A DNA stretch of 64,000 nucleotides from an uncultured virus (IMG/VR IMGVR_UViG_3300020048_000119) (taxonomy: Duplodnaviria > Heunggongvirae > Uroviricota > Caudoviricetes): positions 1 to 64,000 of IMG/VR virus record IMGVR_UViG_3300020048_000119, one strand, 5' to 3'. Positions 47,954 through 56,019 of this stretch are shown here, piece by piece. The translations under genes were made by a program, and so were the position numbers. Numbering within the stretch: the first letter of the stretch is position 1; the number at the start of each line of letters is the position of its first letter. Below the pieces are notes generated by a model. That model was not told the DNA's origin. It did no database searches and saw only the letters and a list, made by a program, of their open reading frames with translations.

Positions 47954-48566
47954 CGTTTTTCACTCCTCTGAATTCGTGCTGACCTACCACCATAATCAGT
48001 TCGTACCTGTTACGCATGCTTTTTACAGCGCCACGGTTAGCAGTCTCTGGATTAAAGAAGACCAACACTGTATCCTCGCTAATTCGTTCGTGCATCACAA
48101 ACACAGCATACGCTGCATAGCTAGCTGCGGGATACTTACTAATATCGCCTGCATAGGGTGCTGCAAACTGGTTTGGCCTTGTTAACACTTCAGTTATTGT
48201 CTTACCCCATACCTGCTGCTGTAGCCTATCATATACTGTTTGAGCTACTAGCATCTGTCCATCTATTGGTTGATTTTTTGCTTCTGTTATTATCACACGC
48301 GTGATTAAGTCTAGTTCAGCGTTTGTGGCCTTCCCTAACGGGCTTCTTGATTGCAGTAGCCAGGATTGGTACGCTGTCTCCAGTTTCATCCCAGTGTGCG
48401 TCGCTGTTAATAACTGCTGGCTTTTCTGTTTTAATATGTTCTCTTTCTGGTTCCTGTCTGAAATCGTAGTTGACAAACTTAGGGTCAATATGAAGATTAG
48501 TGTAACTAGTAGCGTCTGTCTTATTTTCCTCTGGACTCTTCGTTGTCTTCTTTTTTGTTCGCTCAT
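47946..48566 (-). CDS. SleB-like (Hydrolase_2) cell wall hydrolase with an N-terminal TM anchor
   Basis: LITRVI.TEA.NQ..DGQ..VAQ.V.DR...TI.EV..PNQF...FFNP...GQHEF. Confidence 0.85.
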   Translation of the reverse strand: MSEQKRRQRRVQRKIRQTLLVTLIFILTLSLSTTISDRNQKENILKQKSQQLLTATHTGMKLETAYQSWLLQSRSPLGKATNAELDLITRVIITEAKNQPIDGQMLVAQTVYDRLQQQVWGKTITEVLTRPNQFAAPYAGDISKYPAASYAAYAVFVMHERISEDTVLVFFNPETANRGAVKSMRNRYELIMVVGQHEFRGVKNDD

Positions 48567-49005
48567 ATAGTTCCTCCATTTTGCTCATGTATAGCAGCTG
48601 TAATTCTGTGTCTGCTAAATCTGAGATTTTGAGTTCGCTATTATGTATCAACATAAAAGGCTTTGCGATCTCTCTGCTAAACGGTACGAGTGGATATAGT
48701 CCGCACCTCTCTGCGTCAGCACCGTAACAAATTCCATTTGGTGCGACTCCACATCTAAAGTAGTAACACTTAGCACAGGCCGGATTATCTACTTTATCAG
48801 GCAAGTTATTGAGTAGTTCTGCTGCGTGTACAGTACACCACTGTGATACTGCTGGTTCTATTTTTTCAAAGTCTAGAAGATGGAACGGGTATAGATAGGT
48901 AAGATCGATTTCCTGTGCTGGAATACTGGCTTTTGTCAAGGCTTTCCACGCACCTTTAAAGTGCAGTAAAGCAGCTGCTAGCTCATAGTTAGACTGGTCA
49001 CTCAT
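48316..49005 (-). CDS. Hypothetical protein with a Cys cluster
   Basis: GTGA/ATGA-type coupling to the polymerase gene; YPF...DF and CAKC. Confidence 0.65.
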   Translation of the reverse strand: MSDQSNYELAAALLHFKGAWKALTKASIPAQEIDLTYLYPFHLLDFEKIEPAVSQWCTVHAAELLNNLPDKVDNPACAKCYYFRCGVAPNGICYGADAERCGLYPLVPFSREIAKPFMLIHNSELKISDLADTELQLLYMSKMEELYERTKKKTTKSPEENKTDATSYTNLHIDPKFVNYDFRQEPEREHIKTEKPAVINSDAHWDETGDSVPILATAIKKPVREGHKR

Positions 49006-51026
49006 TCAAAATATCCCTCCCACATATTGTAGTCCCTAGCCTTCTGCATTAGATCAGCTGGGGGCTCTACGGCTGCCACATCGACGTCTTCTTTAGTACG
49101 CCAACTTGGCGAGCAAATAGCTACATCTACTGTTACATGTATTCTAAATAGATCACGCTCTGTCTGTATCCAACGTAGCCATCCAAGTATATACTCCTCA
49201 GATTGCTTTATGATGTATAGCAGCGAGTCATGAACTTGTAGAATCATTTTAGAACTAAAGCCATTGGCCCTTAAAAATTTATAGAGGGCCACGAGTCTAG
49301 TTTTCGTAGAGTCTGCTGCACTACCTTGAATAGCATAGTTAACGCAGGCATACTCTTTGTTGTGGTCTACGTACACACGTCTGCCTAAGATTGTGCGAAC
49401 GAACCTTGCTGACTTAGCTTTGTTGTTTGCAGCTTTAATGAACGCATCAACCTCTGGAACATTACGTTTGAAGTCGTAGATAATGGCATTTGCTTCTCCG
49501 ATAGTCACACCTTCCATACCAGGCATAGTGATTACTTTAGCAGCACCCGCTCCATATATTATTGCAAATTCGACTGACTTAGCTGCTTCTCTTTGTTTCT
49601 TAGTTACGTCTTCATACTTACAAGAATAAATGAGACCACCAATAGCCCGATGAATATCTCCACCAGAATTGATAATCTCTAGAAGGTATGGTGCTTGACT
49701 ATAGTGAACAAGTATAATTGCCTCCTGTGACTTAAAATCAAAGTCGTATAGGGTATAGCCGTCTGGAGCTATAAAAGCATCTCTGACTCTTGAATCTTTT
49801 CTTCTTGGCATGTTCTGCATTGATGGACTACTGATAGAGAACCTACCGGTCTTAGCTTCCATTGAGTTTATGTTGCAGTGTACCATATCCTGTGAGTCGC
49901 ACATCTCGTACAGCTTGATAGCAAAGGTATTCAGTAGTTTGTTTGCAGCTTTGTATCCTTGTATCTTGCTTACAAGTGGAACACCTTGGTTGTCTAGCTC
50001 TTCCATTGCAATAGCGTCAAGTATTGGATTGCCTGTATCGCGCTTAATTTTCACAAGATGACCAAATCCAAGTTTGTTGAGTGCAGAGTAGATCTGCTGT
50101 CCACTATTGATATTGAAGACCATGCCCGCTGTTTCGTAGATCTCTTTCTCTGCTGCATCTGCCTCTGCTGTAAGCTCAGGAATAAGAATATCTTTGTAGT
50201 TCTCATCTACTCTTATACCTGTGCGTTCCATTGAGTAACATACCAGCATTACCTCATTCTCAAGCTCATACAGTCCACGCAGATCTTTCTCTTTATCAAG
50301 CGTAGATAGCAGCGGATAGAAATGCTTAAAGACTAGCAGTGTGTTCCATGTATCAGCACAGCCATATTGTGTAAGCAGTTCTTTAGGTATCTGACGATAG
50401 TCCGTAACTCTATTCATAGCTTTGTAACTATCTACCATATACTCAAAGGTTGTTACAGTCGGTTCTTCATCCTGGATTTCTACTGACACATCAAGTAAAC
50501 CGTGTGTGAACGCTCCAGCACGTGTTAGCTTGCTTAGGAACAGTGTATCCCATAACTGTCCACTCATCTTTACACCTGCATTATTAATCATATGCAAATC
50601 ATAATCAATATTGTGGCCTACTTTGTCAATCGTGGGATCGTTTAAGATTACTGATAACTTTCTAAATTCAGCAAACTTATTCTCAAGCGTGTCGTAGACT
50701 ATAAATGAATTTGTACCATCACATATCTGGATAGTGAACGGAAAGTCATTTGGAATTTCTTTTCCTGACTTAGTCTTTATCCATCTACGTACTACATGGC
50801 TTGGCATATGATTACTTGCAACACCCGTATAGAATGTTTCTGTATCTACTGCCACAAATTTACGTCCAGGCATAAAGTCAAATTCAGCCGGTTTAATGCG
50901 TGCTATTACCTGCTCAGCTGTGGCCTCTATAAAATTTGGCTCCACAAATGAACTGAAATCAAGCGGCGAATATGACCGGCTATACTTTGGAACTATACTA
51001 CCTGGACTCTTCTTTTTGATTGCCAT
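49002..51026 (-). CDS. polA: Family A DNA polymerase with a 3'-5' exonuclease domain
   Basis: Exo motifs VDTET, HNIDYD and YGCAD; TGRFS..P.MQN; motif A DFKSQE, motif B R..AK...F...YG, motif C QVHDS. Confidence 0.95.
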   Translation of the reverse strand: MAIKKKSPGSIVPKYSRSYSPLDFSSFVEPNFIEATAEQVIARIKPAEFDFMPGRKFVAVDTETFYTGVASNHMPSHVVRRWIKTKSGKEIPNDFPFTIQICDGTNSFIVYDTLENKFAEFRKLSVILNDPTIDKVGHNIDYDLHMINNAGVKMSGQLWDTLFLSKLTRAGAFTHGLLDVSVEIQDEEPTVTTFEYMVDSYKAMNRVTDYRQIPKELLTQYGCADTWNTLLVFKHFYPLLSTLDKEKDLRGLYELENEVMLVCYSMERTGIRVDENYKDILIPELTAEADAAEKEIYETAGMVFNINSGQQIYSALNKLGFGHLVKIKRDTGNPILDAIAMEELDNQGVPLVSKIQGYKAANKLLNTFAIKLYEMCDSQDMVHCNINSMEAKTGRFSISSPSMQNMPRRKDSRVRDAFIAPDGYTLYDFDFKSQEAIILVHYSQAPYLLEIINSGGDIHRAIGGLIYSCKYEDVTKKQREAAKSVEFAIIYGAGAAKVITMPGMEGVTIGEANAIIYDFKRNVPEVDAFIKAANNKAKSARFVRTILGRRVYVDHNKEYACVNYAIQGSAADSTKTRLVALYKFLRANGFSSKMILQVHDSLLYIIKQSEEYILGWLRWIQTERDLFRIHVTVDVAICSPSWRTKEDVDVAAVEPPADLMQKARDYNMWEGYFE

Positions 51027-51080
51027 TACTGTCTCCTCTCAGTCTTTGGGAGGGTGTATTTCAACCCTCCTCTTACTTAT

Positions 51081-51111
51081 ATTATACTGTGTAAAAGACT
51101 GCGTGTATGCC
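51081..51111 (-). promoter_or_regulatory. Phage promoter family A, copy 5
   Basis: GG-CATACA-N17-TATAAT upstream of the polymerase. Confidence 0.75.
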
Positions 51112-51115
51112 GTTT

Positions 51116-51403
51116 TTATATAACTGGCACAACACCGTTAAAATATTTTTCTCTTCCGAGTGGCTCAACCACATAGTAATAGCGCTTCACAGATCGCATC
51201 TCATCAATCACATACTGCGTAATTGCTTTTTCTTTTATAAGTTCTTCTAGCGCTGCTCTTACCTTGGTTGCTTTAACACCAGACTCTTCAGATATGGTAG
51301 CCTGTGACATATAGTTTAGATGCCTGATAGCATTCAATGCTACCAATGCTTTTACAACTGCTTGTTTTTCTTCTTCCGTAGCTACATATATAAATTCTGC
51401 CAA
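51116..51403 (-). CDS. Winged-helix DNA-binding protein
   Basis: MSQATISEESGVKATKVRAALEELIKE...RYYYV...G. Confidence 0.65.
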   Translation of the reverse strand: MAEFIYVATEEEKQAVVKALVALNAIRHLNYMSQATISEESGVKATKVRAALEELIKEKAITQYVIDEMRSVKRYYYVVEPLGREKYFNGVVPVI

Positions 51404-51415
51404 TGTTTATTCCTC

Positions 51416-51856
51416 CTATCTCTTCATATCTGGGTTATGCCAAACTGTTAAGTCTATTCTATTTACTACTACACCCGCTGCGCTCAGCATTCTAGTGCCA
51501 GTATCATCTTTGTATGGTTCCACATAAAAGACATGAGTAAAACCACTGTTGATAATCATCGCTGCACATGTCACGCATGGTGAGGTGGTGCACAGCATTA
51601 TTTTTTCTTGATCTACTGCATTACACTTAGCTATTGCATTTGCTTCTGCATGTATGCAGGTATACTTTGTGCCTGTATCGCATAAACAATCCATGCCACC
51701 TTTTGGGCCACCGTTTATACCTATTGAATATATCTGATCTGCTGCTTTGTTTATAATGATTGCAGCATTCTGTTTAGAGTTGCACTTTGAAAGCGTCGAT
51801 AGGTCTAGAAGAAAGTCTACAAACACTTTCATTTTGTTAGAGTACATGTTCATCAT
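51416..51856 (-). CDS. dCMP deaminase
   Basis: G.NG.P.G, HAEANAI and SPCVTCA motifs. Confidence 0.9.
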   Translation of the reverse strand: MMNMYSNKMKVFVDFLLDLSTLSKCNSKQNAAIIINKAADQIYSIGINGGPKGGMDCLCDTGTKYTCIHAEANAIAKCNAVDQEKIMLCTTSPCVTCAAMIINSGFTHVFYVEPYKDDTGTRMLSAAGVVVNRIDLTVWHNPDMKR

Positions 51857-52662
51857 AAACTACCCTCCAGGGTTTTAGTCTCGAAGAATCTCTTTCTGAA
51901 CTCTTGAAGCGGCTCGATATATAAGTCATGCTTTTCCATTTGAGTCAGTAGATACATACGAATAGTTTTAGTCTTCTGAAATTTACTGTTGGTTGAAAAT
52001 ATCTTGTAGTTATGGCAGACCTTAGTTACATCTAGTTTGCCTCTATAAAACGTAGTCATACAGCTTTCGCATAACGGAATAACGTTCCATGCTGTGTGTT
52101 CACCATTAAACCTACGTGGGAAGAAACTTGCTTTTATCTGTATAGGTCCACCACACATAGCACAGCCTCCAAAGAAATTACATCTGTGTTTCCATTCTTC
52201 TTCAGTCATAGCTATGCGTGGAGCCGCTGCCAGTACTACACGCCATGCTCTTTCATAATCTACGCCATACTTATAGAACAGTGCTTTGGCTTCGGCCTCT
52301 GTCAGCACGGTGCCGTCTAGGTACTTGTCTACGTATACAGATGCATTTATACAGTCATTACATATTCCTGCTTCAAAGTAGATTGTCCCAAACTCTTTTG
52401 ACTTATATTCTCTAAGCATACGCTTACGTCTAGGAATGAGCACCTTACCACATCTGTCACACATTTCTCGCACTATGTAAGCTACGTCATCCCTAAACTC
52501 AATTCTGTATAGTTTCCAATCTACCTTTACCTGTTGCTGTTTAATCATAGAAGTGTCGAAGTGGTTTATCACCAGCGGTACCAACATTGCCACTTCTACG
52601 AAGCTTGGTTGTTTTATTGGCGCCACTACATCAGTAGCTTCGACGTACTTCTTCTTTTTCAT
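51853..52662 (-). CDS. Zn-finger protein with a degenerate HNH-like domain
   Basis: W...C.FFGGCAMCG...G....NVIPLCESC, but no DH dyad. Confidence 0.6.
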   Translation of the reverse strand: MKKKKYVEATDVVAPIKQPSFVEVAMLVPLVINHFDTSMIKQQQVKVDWKLYRIEFRDDVAYIVREMCDRCGKVLIPRRKRMLREYKSKEFGTIYFEAGICNDCINASVYVDKYLDGTVLTEAEAKALFYKYGVDYERAWRVVLAAAPRIAMTEEEWKHRCNFFGGCAMCGGPIQIKASFFPRRFNGEHTAWNVIPLCESCMTTFYRGKLDVTKVCHNYKIFSTNSKFQKTKTIRMYLLTQMEKHDLYIEPLQEFRKRFFETKTLEGSL

Positions 52663-52665
52663 GGT

Positions 52666-53133
52666 CTAGATATCCGTATGCATGATGACCATAGGTAGGC
52701 CAACTTCCTGCATCACTTCGCCATACTTTTCTGAGATTAGACCAAGCTGCTCAGTACTCTGTATGTAGGTCTCGCCTCTAGCAGTACATCTTTCCCATAG
52801 TGTATTTGTGCGTGCTGTTAAGTAGATAATCATTCCTCCGCCATAGGTCTGCACAATCCCTTCAAGCATTTGTACCTGCGCTGCTGACATCTCTTCTCGC
52901 TGTCGCATGACTGGTGCATAGACTCTATCACTGTACCAGCAGCGATCAAAGATAACTACTGAATGGTGTTGGTTTTCTGCGATAGCATGTCTGTAGATAT
53001 CGAACTGCTTTGTGTAGTCATCGGGCACTCCGAAGTGTAGGTATTTTGCATCACTGTATGTTGCAAGTAATTTTTCTATCAGCGTGGTTTTGCCTGCTCC
53101 ATCCGGACCCTCAATAATTATGTATGCTGCCAT
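52666..53133 (-). CDS. Thymidylate/dNMP kinase
   Basis: IIIEGPDGAGKTT and FDR.W.S..VY motifs. Confidence 0.85.
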   Translation of the reverse strand: MAAYIIIEGPDGAGKTTLIEKLLATYSDAKYLHFGVPDDYTKQFDIYRHAIAENQHHSVVIFDRCWYSDRVYAPVMRQREEMSAAQVQMLEGIVQTYGGGMIIYLTARTNTLWERCTARGETYIQSTEQLGLISEKYGEVMQEVGLPMVIMHTDI

Positions 53134-53135
53134 TA

Positions 53136-53312
53136 TTAATCCTCCAAACAATTAGGGCACTTATTTGTCCACTCACCGTCTACTTTAGCCCTAGTCCATT
53201 CTTTTACTGCCATTGCTTCTACTGCATCATCAAAAGTATCGCACTCATCCAGTGTCCTACCGCAATTGTCGCAAGTAGGAATAAACTTCCCATATTCTTT
53301 TTCTATTGACAT
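53136..53312 (-). CDS. 58-aa Zn-ribbon protein (not in the ORF track)
   Basis: TAATG coupling; MSIEKEYGKFIPTCDNCG...KCPNCLED*. Confidence 0.65.
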   Translation of the reverse strand: MSIEKEYGKFIPTCDNCGRTLDECDTFDDAVEAMAVKEWTRAKVDGEWTNKCPNCLED

Positions 53313-54094
53313 TATCGTACCTCCAATAACGGAAATCTTTGCAATAACAAATCTGTTGCTGTATCAGCTTCTGAGTAGAACTGCTTACAAGACATTGCAC
53401 CTTCTGGACAATAACCTACTTTACACGGAGGGCCTGAGCCTTCGAAGAATGTAGGATACGCCTGTGTTAACTGCTCCCAGATCTTTGCAAATACGTACTG
53501 CGTCTCCAATGTGTTTCTGTTACATGTTCGCTGCTGGATCATATGTAGCCAGGCTTCTGGGTTAGCTGATATGACCAGTACATTACGCAGTCCTTGTGGC
53601 ATCATGTAACCTGCTGCATCACTGTCTACTCCCTGGTCTATGGCTTTTTCATAGTCTGTTAAAGCAGCCCTACATGAATTAAGATACTGCACTTCATGAT
53701 AGTTCTCGACGAACTCAGCATTGCCGTGCCGCTCGGCGTCTAACTTAAGTATGTTGTACGGCACAGTAAAATGAGCAGCCCCTGAATAATCACTATACTG
53801 TAGACTTCCTGACATAAATGTGACGCCTGCTTGATGCCTTGTCACTTGTGCTAAGAACCTACGTGACGCGCCTATAACAACTATATTGATGCCTGTGAAA
53901 CGTCTGATTGTTGCATGAGGTAACTTTAACATTGCTTGCAGTGTCTTCTCTGTATATGGCTTGTCGAGCAATGCATAAAAGTCAGCTAGATTAGTTATTG
54001 TTTCGCCCCGTTGTGTCATGCGCGCCATTGCAACACACATTACTTCAAAGTCATATAGGCTGTTGTCAATAATCGAAATCTCAATATTCTTCAT
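53312..54094 (-). CDS. thyX: FAD-dependent thymidylate synthase (divergent)
   Basis: H....F....GASR..LAQVTRH...S..Y, A.Y.MPQ, N..AW.H....R.C and C.EG..SC. Confidence 0.85.
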   Translation of the reverse strand: MKNIEISIIDNSLYDFEVMCVAMARMTQRGETITNLADFYALLDKPYTEKTLQAMLKLPHATIRRFTGINIVVIGASRRFLAQVTRHQAGVTFMSGSLQYSDYSGAAHFTVPYNILKLDAERHGNAEFVENYHEVQYLNSCRAALTDYEKAIDQGVDSDAAGYMMPQGLRNVLVISANPEAWLHMIQQRTCNRNTLETQYVFAKIWEQLTQAYPTFFEGSGPPCKVGYCPEGAMSCKQFYSEADTATDLLLQRFPLLEVR

Positions 54095-54098
54095 ACCT

Positions 54099-54323
54099 TC
54101 ACACCTTTGCTACTATCGTACTCAGCTCGTAGGCCACATCAAAATCTAGACCAGCGAGTACTTCATTAAATTTATCGGCTAATACTTTTGCTGCAATACC
54201 TGTAGTTACGACATCAGCATTACAAACTACTGTGGTTCTCTCATCTAGTGGATTATAGGTTATTGTGATGTACTGATGCCCCTGCACTTTATGTTCTGGT
54301 TTCCCATATACTTCAAGCTTCAT
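54099..54323 (-). CDS. Hypothetical protein
   Basis: RBS GAGGTG; lies within the operon. Confidence 0.6.
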   Translation of the reverse strand: MKLEVYGKPEHKVQGHQYITITYNPLDERTTVVCNADVVTTGIAAKVLADKFNEVLAGLDFDVAYELSTIVAKV

Positions 54324-54699
54324 CAGTGCACCTCTTATACACTTCTGTATTGTCCTGTCGTTGATGGTTTACGGCATTCTTGGCCACATACCCTTCAATG
54401 ACATCATCCGCTGAGAGGCCCAGAGCTATGCCAATTATTGCAAAGAAGTGTAGCATATCAATGTACTCTTCTTGTGCCTTAAGCATGCGTTCAGCATACT
54501 CTTCTAGCGACCATTCATATTTTTTCCAGGGTTTAAAGAATGGTAGCTCCATTAGCATCTCAGATGTTTCTACTGATAGGTGATTGGCGTACTCTTTGAT
54601 GTAAGTTGTGCGCTCTTTAGCATCCATCTCATCAATGTCATAGCCCATACGTATCTGTAGTTCCTTCTGCTTTTCAAAGACAATGTTTAAGTCTGCCAT
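54313..54699 (-). CDS. Dimeric all-alpha dUTPase
   Basis: Q..LQ, E..E....PFFKPWK, EEYIDMLHF and Y..KN..NH.RQ. Confidence 0.85.
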   Translation of the reverse strand: MADLNIVFEKQKELQIRMGYDIDEMDAKERTTYIKEYANHLSVETSEMLMELPFFKPWKKYEWSLEEYAERMLKAQEEYIDMLHFFAIIGIALGLSADDVIEGYVAKNAVNHQRQDNTEVYKRCTDEA

Positions 54700-54707
54700 G
54701 TTGCCTC

Positions 54708-55754
54708 CTACTTAATCTTTAATGACGTTGACACTGTATAACCCACGCACTCGTTATATGCCTCAGGATACTCCTGTTGTAACTTTAGTAGGTCACAGTT
54801 TCTTCGTTCTGATTTAGCTATGCTTATTGTATGTGTTAGAGTGAGGGCTGAACTAGCTGTACCTAAGGCAGCAAAGAGTTGTGCATAGAGTGCATCCTTA
54901 ACTTTACTTAGTTGTCCAATTTTATCTCTGAGTTGAATATACATCTCAGCTACGTTCTCAACACCTTCATCTTCAATCACTATACTCTCTTCAGTATGCT
55001 CTAACTCTTTGAGGGTGTCCATGTCTGATGCCTGTGCTTCGGGCTCGATCATTTTCTGCACATTTTCGTTCCAGAAATACTCGGCCCCTTTTCGCATTTC
55101 TCTACAGAGTTCTTGATCTACTGGGAAGTGATAGCCTACTAGTTTCTGTCCTCCAATAAGACAGACAATGTCGAAGGCAGGCAACCCTGTTATTGTGCAG
55201 TACCAGTTAGCTTGACACATGTAGTATTCAGGCACTGGTCCTGTCTCCCAAGCATCCTTATTAAATGCAGAGGTTGTTTTAATTTCCAAAATACCTTCAA
55301 CCTGTGTTCTATCTTCCGATAAAGTAAACCCGTCTATATTAGCAAACATAAAAGGATGAGCATCGTCACGTAAGATAACAGGTATATTGATGTAGTTTCT
55401 ATTCTCTCGCTTTGCCCATTCATCAGCTATAGTGGTCTCAAGTACATTACCCCAGCGTGCCTGTTCTGATTGTGGTTTCTTTTCAGACTCTGAGAATTGT
55501 CCTGTCTTAGTGAGCCAAATCTGTCTCGCACTATTCCACGGGCTTTTACCAAGTATGGCAGCAATCTCTGAACCGCCTATACCACTGCCTCTAGCTTTTA
55601 ACCAGTCATCTTGATCAAGTGCCTGTGAAGCTACTGATTGTAGACTGCAGCCTTTAAGCTGTGATATATAGTGGATCCAGAGTTCCACTTCAACATCAGG
55701 CACATCTGGCCTTCCGGTTTTTATTATCTGTCTAAGCGTCTGGGGATTCTGCAT
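54708..55754 (-). CDS. YqaJ-like (lambda exonuclease family) recombination nuclease
   Basis: WL..R..GIGGSEIAAILG.SPW, G..LE, ANIDG, LEIKT and PEYY..Q. Confidence 0.92.
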   Translation of the reverse strand: MQNPQTLRQIIKTGRPDVPDVEVELWIHYISQLKGCSLQSVASQALDQDDWLKARGSGIGGSEIAAILGKSPWNSARQIWLTKTGQFSESEKKPQSEQARWGNVLETTIADEWAKRENRNYINIPVILRDDAHPFMFANIDGFTLSEDRTQVEGILEIKTTSAFNKDAWETGPVPEYYMCQANWYCTITGLPAFDIVCLIGGQKLVGYHFPVDQELCREMRKGAEYFWNENVQKMIEPEAQASDMDTLKELEHTEESIVIEDEGVENVAEMYIQLRDKIGQLSKVKDALYAQLFAALGTASSALTLTHTISIAKSERRNCDLLKLQQEYPEAYNECVGYTVSTSLKIK

Positions 55755-56019
55755 TATCATCCACTCCTTCTGTTGCATCAAAGGCATCAACCATAATACG
55801 AATAGTAAGGTCTATTGCTGCGGGTGCTCCAATAATGGCAACCTTTGCTGGTGCAACAGCCTCATAAGCATGCGCAACTGCTGTTACGATATACAGCTGT
55901 GGCCCCATTGGAAACTGTATTATTGAACCCATTGTAGGTATATATGGCACACTCTCAAGTTCCATGAGTGGCGCAAGGGTGGTTCGCTCTAAGTACTGTA
56001 CTTTCATTCTATACCTCAC
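55732..56019 (-). CDS. Hypothetical protein
   Basis: Lies within the operon; probable start at MKVQY. Confidence 0.55.
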   Translation of the reverse strand: MRYRMKVQYLERTTLAPLMELESVPYIPTMGSIIQFPMGPQLYIVTAVAHAYEAVAPAKVAIIGAPAAIDLTIRIMVDAFDATEGVDDNAESPDA

